From positions 93,964,039 to 94,028,038 of the forward strand of contig NC_057718.1 in NCBI RefSeq assembly GCF_004010195.1: a DNA stretch of 64,000 nucleotides. The letters are read 5' to 3'. The notes under the pieces were generated by a model. The model was given only the letters and a program-made list of their open reading frames with translations. It was not told the DNA's origin and ran no database searches. This DNA is from Chiloscyllium plagiosum. Taxonomy: Eukaryota. The first letter of the stretch is position 1. Every line of letters begins with the position of its first letter. This document shows positions 61,640-64,000 of the stretch, piece after piece. The translations under genes and the position numbers were made by a program.

Positions 61640-61652
61640 GTTAATCATTAAC
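61640..61652. promoter_or_regulatory. perfect HNF1-type palindrome in repeat-free sequence
   Basis: GTTAATCATTAAC matches GTTAATNATTAAC. Function not shown. Confidence 0.35.
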
Positions 61653-62715
61653 GCAGCTTTTCCTTTTGTTCCCATTCGGGGTGCTGACAAGCTTTGATAT
61701 TTCATATTTGCCAGCAGGTCAGTTACAGAGGAGACACTCAGGTACTCATTTGTACAGCTCGCCTCCTATCCAGACGTGGAACGACCTCACATATTGCCAG
61801 AGAAGCATGTATGTGCCGGATGTGGCAATATTGTAAAGTTAATCTTTTTTAAAAGAAGTTGCATTCACCTGGAGAATTAACAATAAAAAATTAATAACAA
61901 AAGACAATGAAAGTGTCCCTATTTTTATTTTACCCAGCTTCATTTTCTGTTGCCTTCAACAGTTGTTCATTTTGTTTAAGATACTGCTTTTCTCAGATGA
62001 AACAGGGCTGTGTCAGTCTATTCATACCATGTAACAATAATTTGCAACACGTCAAATGTTTTTTTTTAAATGCTACCCGGATTTGAAGCCCCACTTTCCT
62101 CCATCTGCTCCCATCTCCCTTTCCCTTTGCACACCTCTCCAGTCTGTCCTCTTGCCTCTCCTTATTCCCAAACCCAGAACTCTCCCCCCTGCACCTTCTC
62201 TCCCCTCTGTCCAAGCCTACCTCCTGAATGCACTAATTCACTGCTTTTTTAATTGTTTTATTTGTACTGATCAATTTTGTTTTGGATCATAATGATGATC
62301 AACGCAGATTGTTTCTCCAGAGGGGATATGTCTACCAGATCAACCCTGTCCTGACATTACATCAGACTCTTGCACTTCCATTCAGAGTTTTCACTGACTG
62401 TTGCGAGTTCTGGATCCCTCTCCACTTCCCTTGACCTCACTCGATCAGGAAAGCAATATTGAAGCTAAAATTAACATTCAGTTCAGTGTTAGTTCTGCTG
62501 CTTCCATCCTGCCTGAAATCTTTGGGCCAAATTTTAACTGGAATCCTACCATTTGTACAGTTATATGCCAGCTCCCAGTCTGTATAGCTACCAGCAGAAG
62601 CACTGGAGAAACTTCAAAGTGCCGATAATTGTAGTTAAAATATAGCAGAAACTTATTGTGGAATAACTTCAACTGGAATGTTAGATTTGGCTCATGTCAT
62701 GACACTGTATACTAA

Positions 62716-63236
62716 GTCAGAAGTCACATGACACCAGATTATAGTTCAATAGGTTTCTTTGAAATCACAAGCATTTGGAGCACTGCTCCTTTGTCAGTTG
62801 ACGTCACTTCGCCTGATGGAGTAGTGTTCCGGAAACGTGTTATTTCAAATAAACCTTTAGGACAATAACCTGGGCGTCACGGTGGCACAGTGGTTAGCAC
62901 TGCTATCTCACAGCGCCAGAGACCTGGGTTCAATTCCCGCCTCAGGCGACTGACTGTGTGGAGTTTGCATGTTCTCCCCGTGTCTGCGTGGGTTTCCTCC
63001 TGGTGCTCTGGTTTCCTCCCACATTCCAAAGATGTGCAGGTCAGGTGAATTGGCCATGCTAAATTGCCTGTAGTGTTAGGTAAGGGGTAAATGTAGGGGT
63101 GGGTTGCGCTTCGGCGGGTTGTTGTGGACTTGTTGGGCCAAAGGGCCTGTTTCCACACTGTAAGTAATCTAATCTAATCTGATGTCATGTGACTTCTGAC
63201 TTTGTCAATCCCAATCCAACACCAGCACCTCCACAC
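62716..63236. mobile_element. older PLE family B fold-back, split by a SINE
   Basis: Mirrored gtcagaagtcacatgacacc / gtcatgtgacttctgac arms; TSD cactgta(t/c)actaa at 62703-62715 and 63237-63249. Confidence 0.8.
62872..63180 (+). mobile_element. full-length young HE1-type V-SINE
   Basis: A box tggcacagtgg, B box ggttcaattcc, V-domain, CR1-like tail and (taatc)n end. Confidence 0.95.
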
Positions 63237-63689
63237 CACTGTACACTAATACATTTCAAGTCACAAAAACAGTTTCAAGCAGATTAATGTGAAGACTGAT
63301 GATTTGACAGTCACAGAGAAAATTATGCATTCATGAACAGTCAACATGGACAAAACAGTTCCACAAATATGATTGAATCAAAAAATATTAATTGATCATG
63401 GATATGGCAAATCAATGGCTATGTCTCCAGACATGGCTTACAGATTATGAATTCATTTATTATACCACCATATTGAAATTGGATTCAATCATCTGTTCAT
63501 TTGTAGCTAACAGCAAAAAAAATGGCATGATAACTAACAGCTTGGAGAACTGGGTGGATTTTTCAAATCAATGTTAATCAGGAATATACTACCCCCAACT
63601 ATCTTTGCCTCTATATAACTGCAGTCCCACACTGTCCCTTTGATTCTTCGTATCCTCAGGGTCACCAGGGATACAAAGAAAATTTAAAT

Positions 63690-63965
63690 CCCAGGAACAG
63701 GCCCTTCGGCCCTTCAAGCCTGAGCCGATCCAAATGTACTGTCTAAACCTGTCGGTCAATTCCTAAGCATTTGTACCCCTCTGCTCCCCACTTACTCATG
63801 CATCTGTCCAGACACATCTTAAATGAATCTATCATGCCTGCCTCTACCACCTCTGCTGGCAACGCATTCCAAACGCCTACCACCCTCTGTGTTAAGTACT
63901 TACCACTTGTATCCCCCTTAAACTTTCCACCTCTCACCTTGAAAGCATGACCTCTCGTTATTGAT
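63690..63965 (-). mobile_element. CR1 3' end
   Basis: YLTQRVVGVWNALPAEVVEA. Confidence 0.9.
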
Positions 63966-64000
63966 GAACAATAATAACAAGCAACAAGTGCTTCAATTCA

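Noticed and set aside
61791..61831. Hairpin atattgcca...tggcaatat as a pre-miRNA
   Set aside because: Only a 9-bp stem.
62872..62945. tRNA-like sequence with A/B boxes (also 15968, 16224, 21600, 59030)
   Set aside because: These are SINE heads continuous with SINE bodies, not tRNA genes.

Overview
Repeat-dense, apparently non-genic (intergenic or intronic) vertebrate DNA. The repeat set (HE1-type V-SINEs, HER1/CR1 LINEs, LF-SINE-like and DeuSINE-like elements) points to a shark or other elasmobranch. I recognise no host exon, rRNA, true tRNA or CRISPR array, and every recognisable ORF is a decayed transposon fragment. Contents: many CR1 LINE fragments, a second LINE family that shares its tail with LF-SINE-like SINEs, an RTE relic, a Gmr1-type Gypsy element with integrase upstream of RT (661-4331), a Harbinger transposase relic, a Tc1/pogo-type MITE and a 421-nt N gap. 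The most striking structure is more than 20 Penelope-like element (PLE) derivatives in three families (A, B, C). Each family carries a minimal hammerhead ribozyme motif (CUGANGA-N-stemII-GAAA-palindrome-H). Many copies are 200-1200 bp fold-back insertions with one hammerhead per strand, 9-17 bp target-site duplications (TSDs), and a ~30-35 nt tail on one arm only. Family assignments come from recognising motifs by eye, with no database search. Boundaries of old repeats are approximate.
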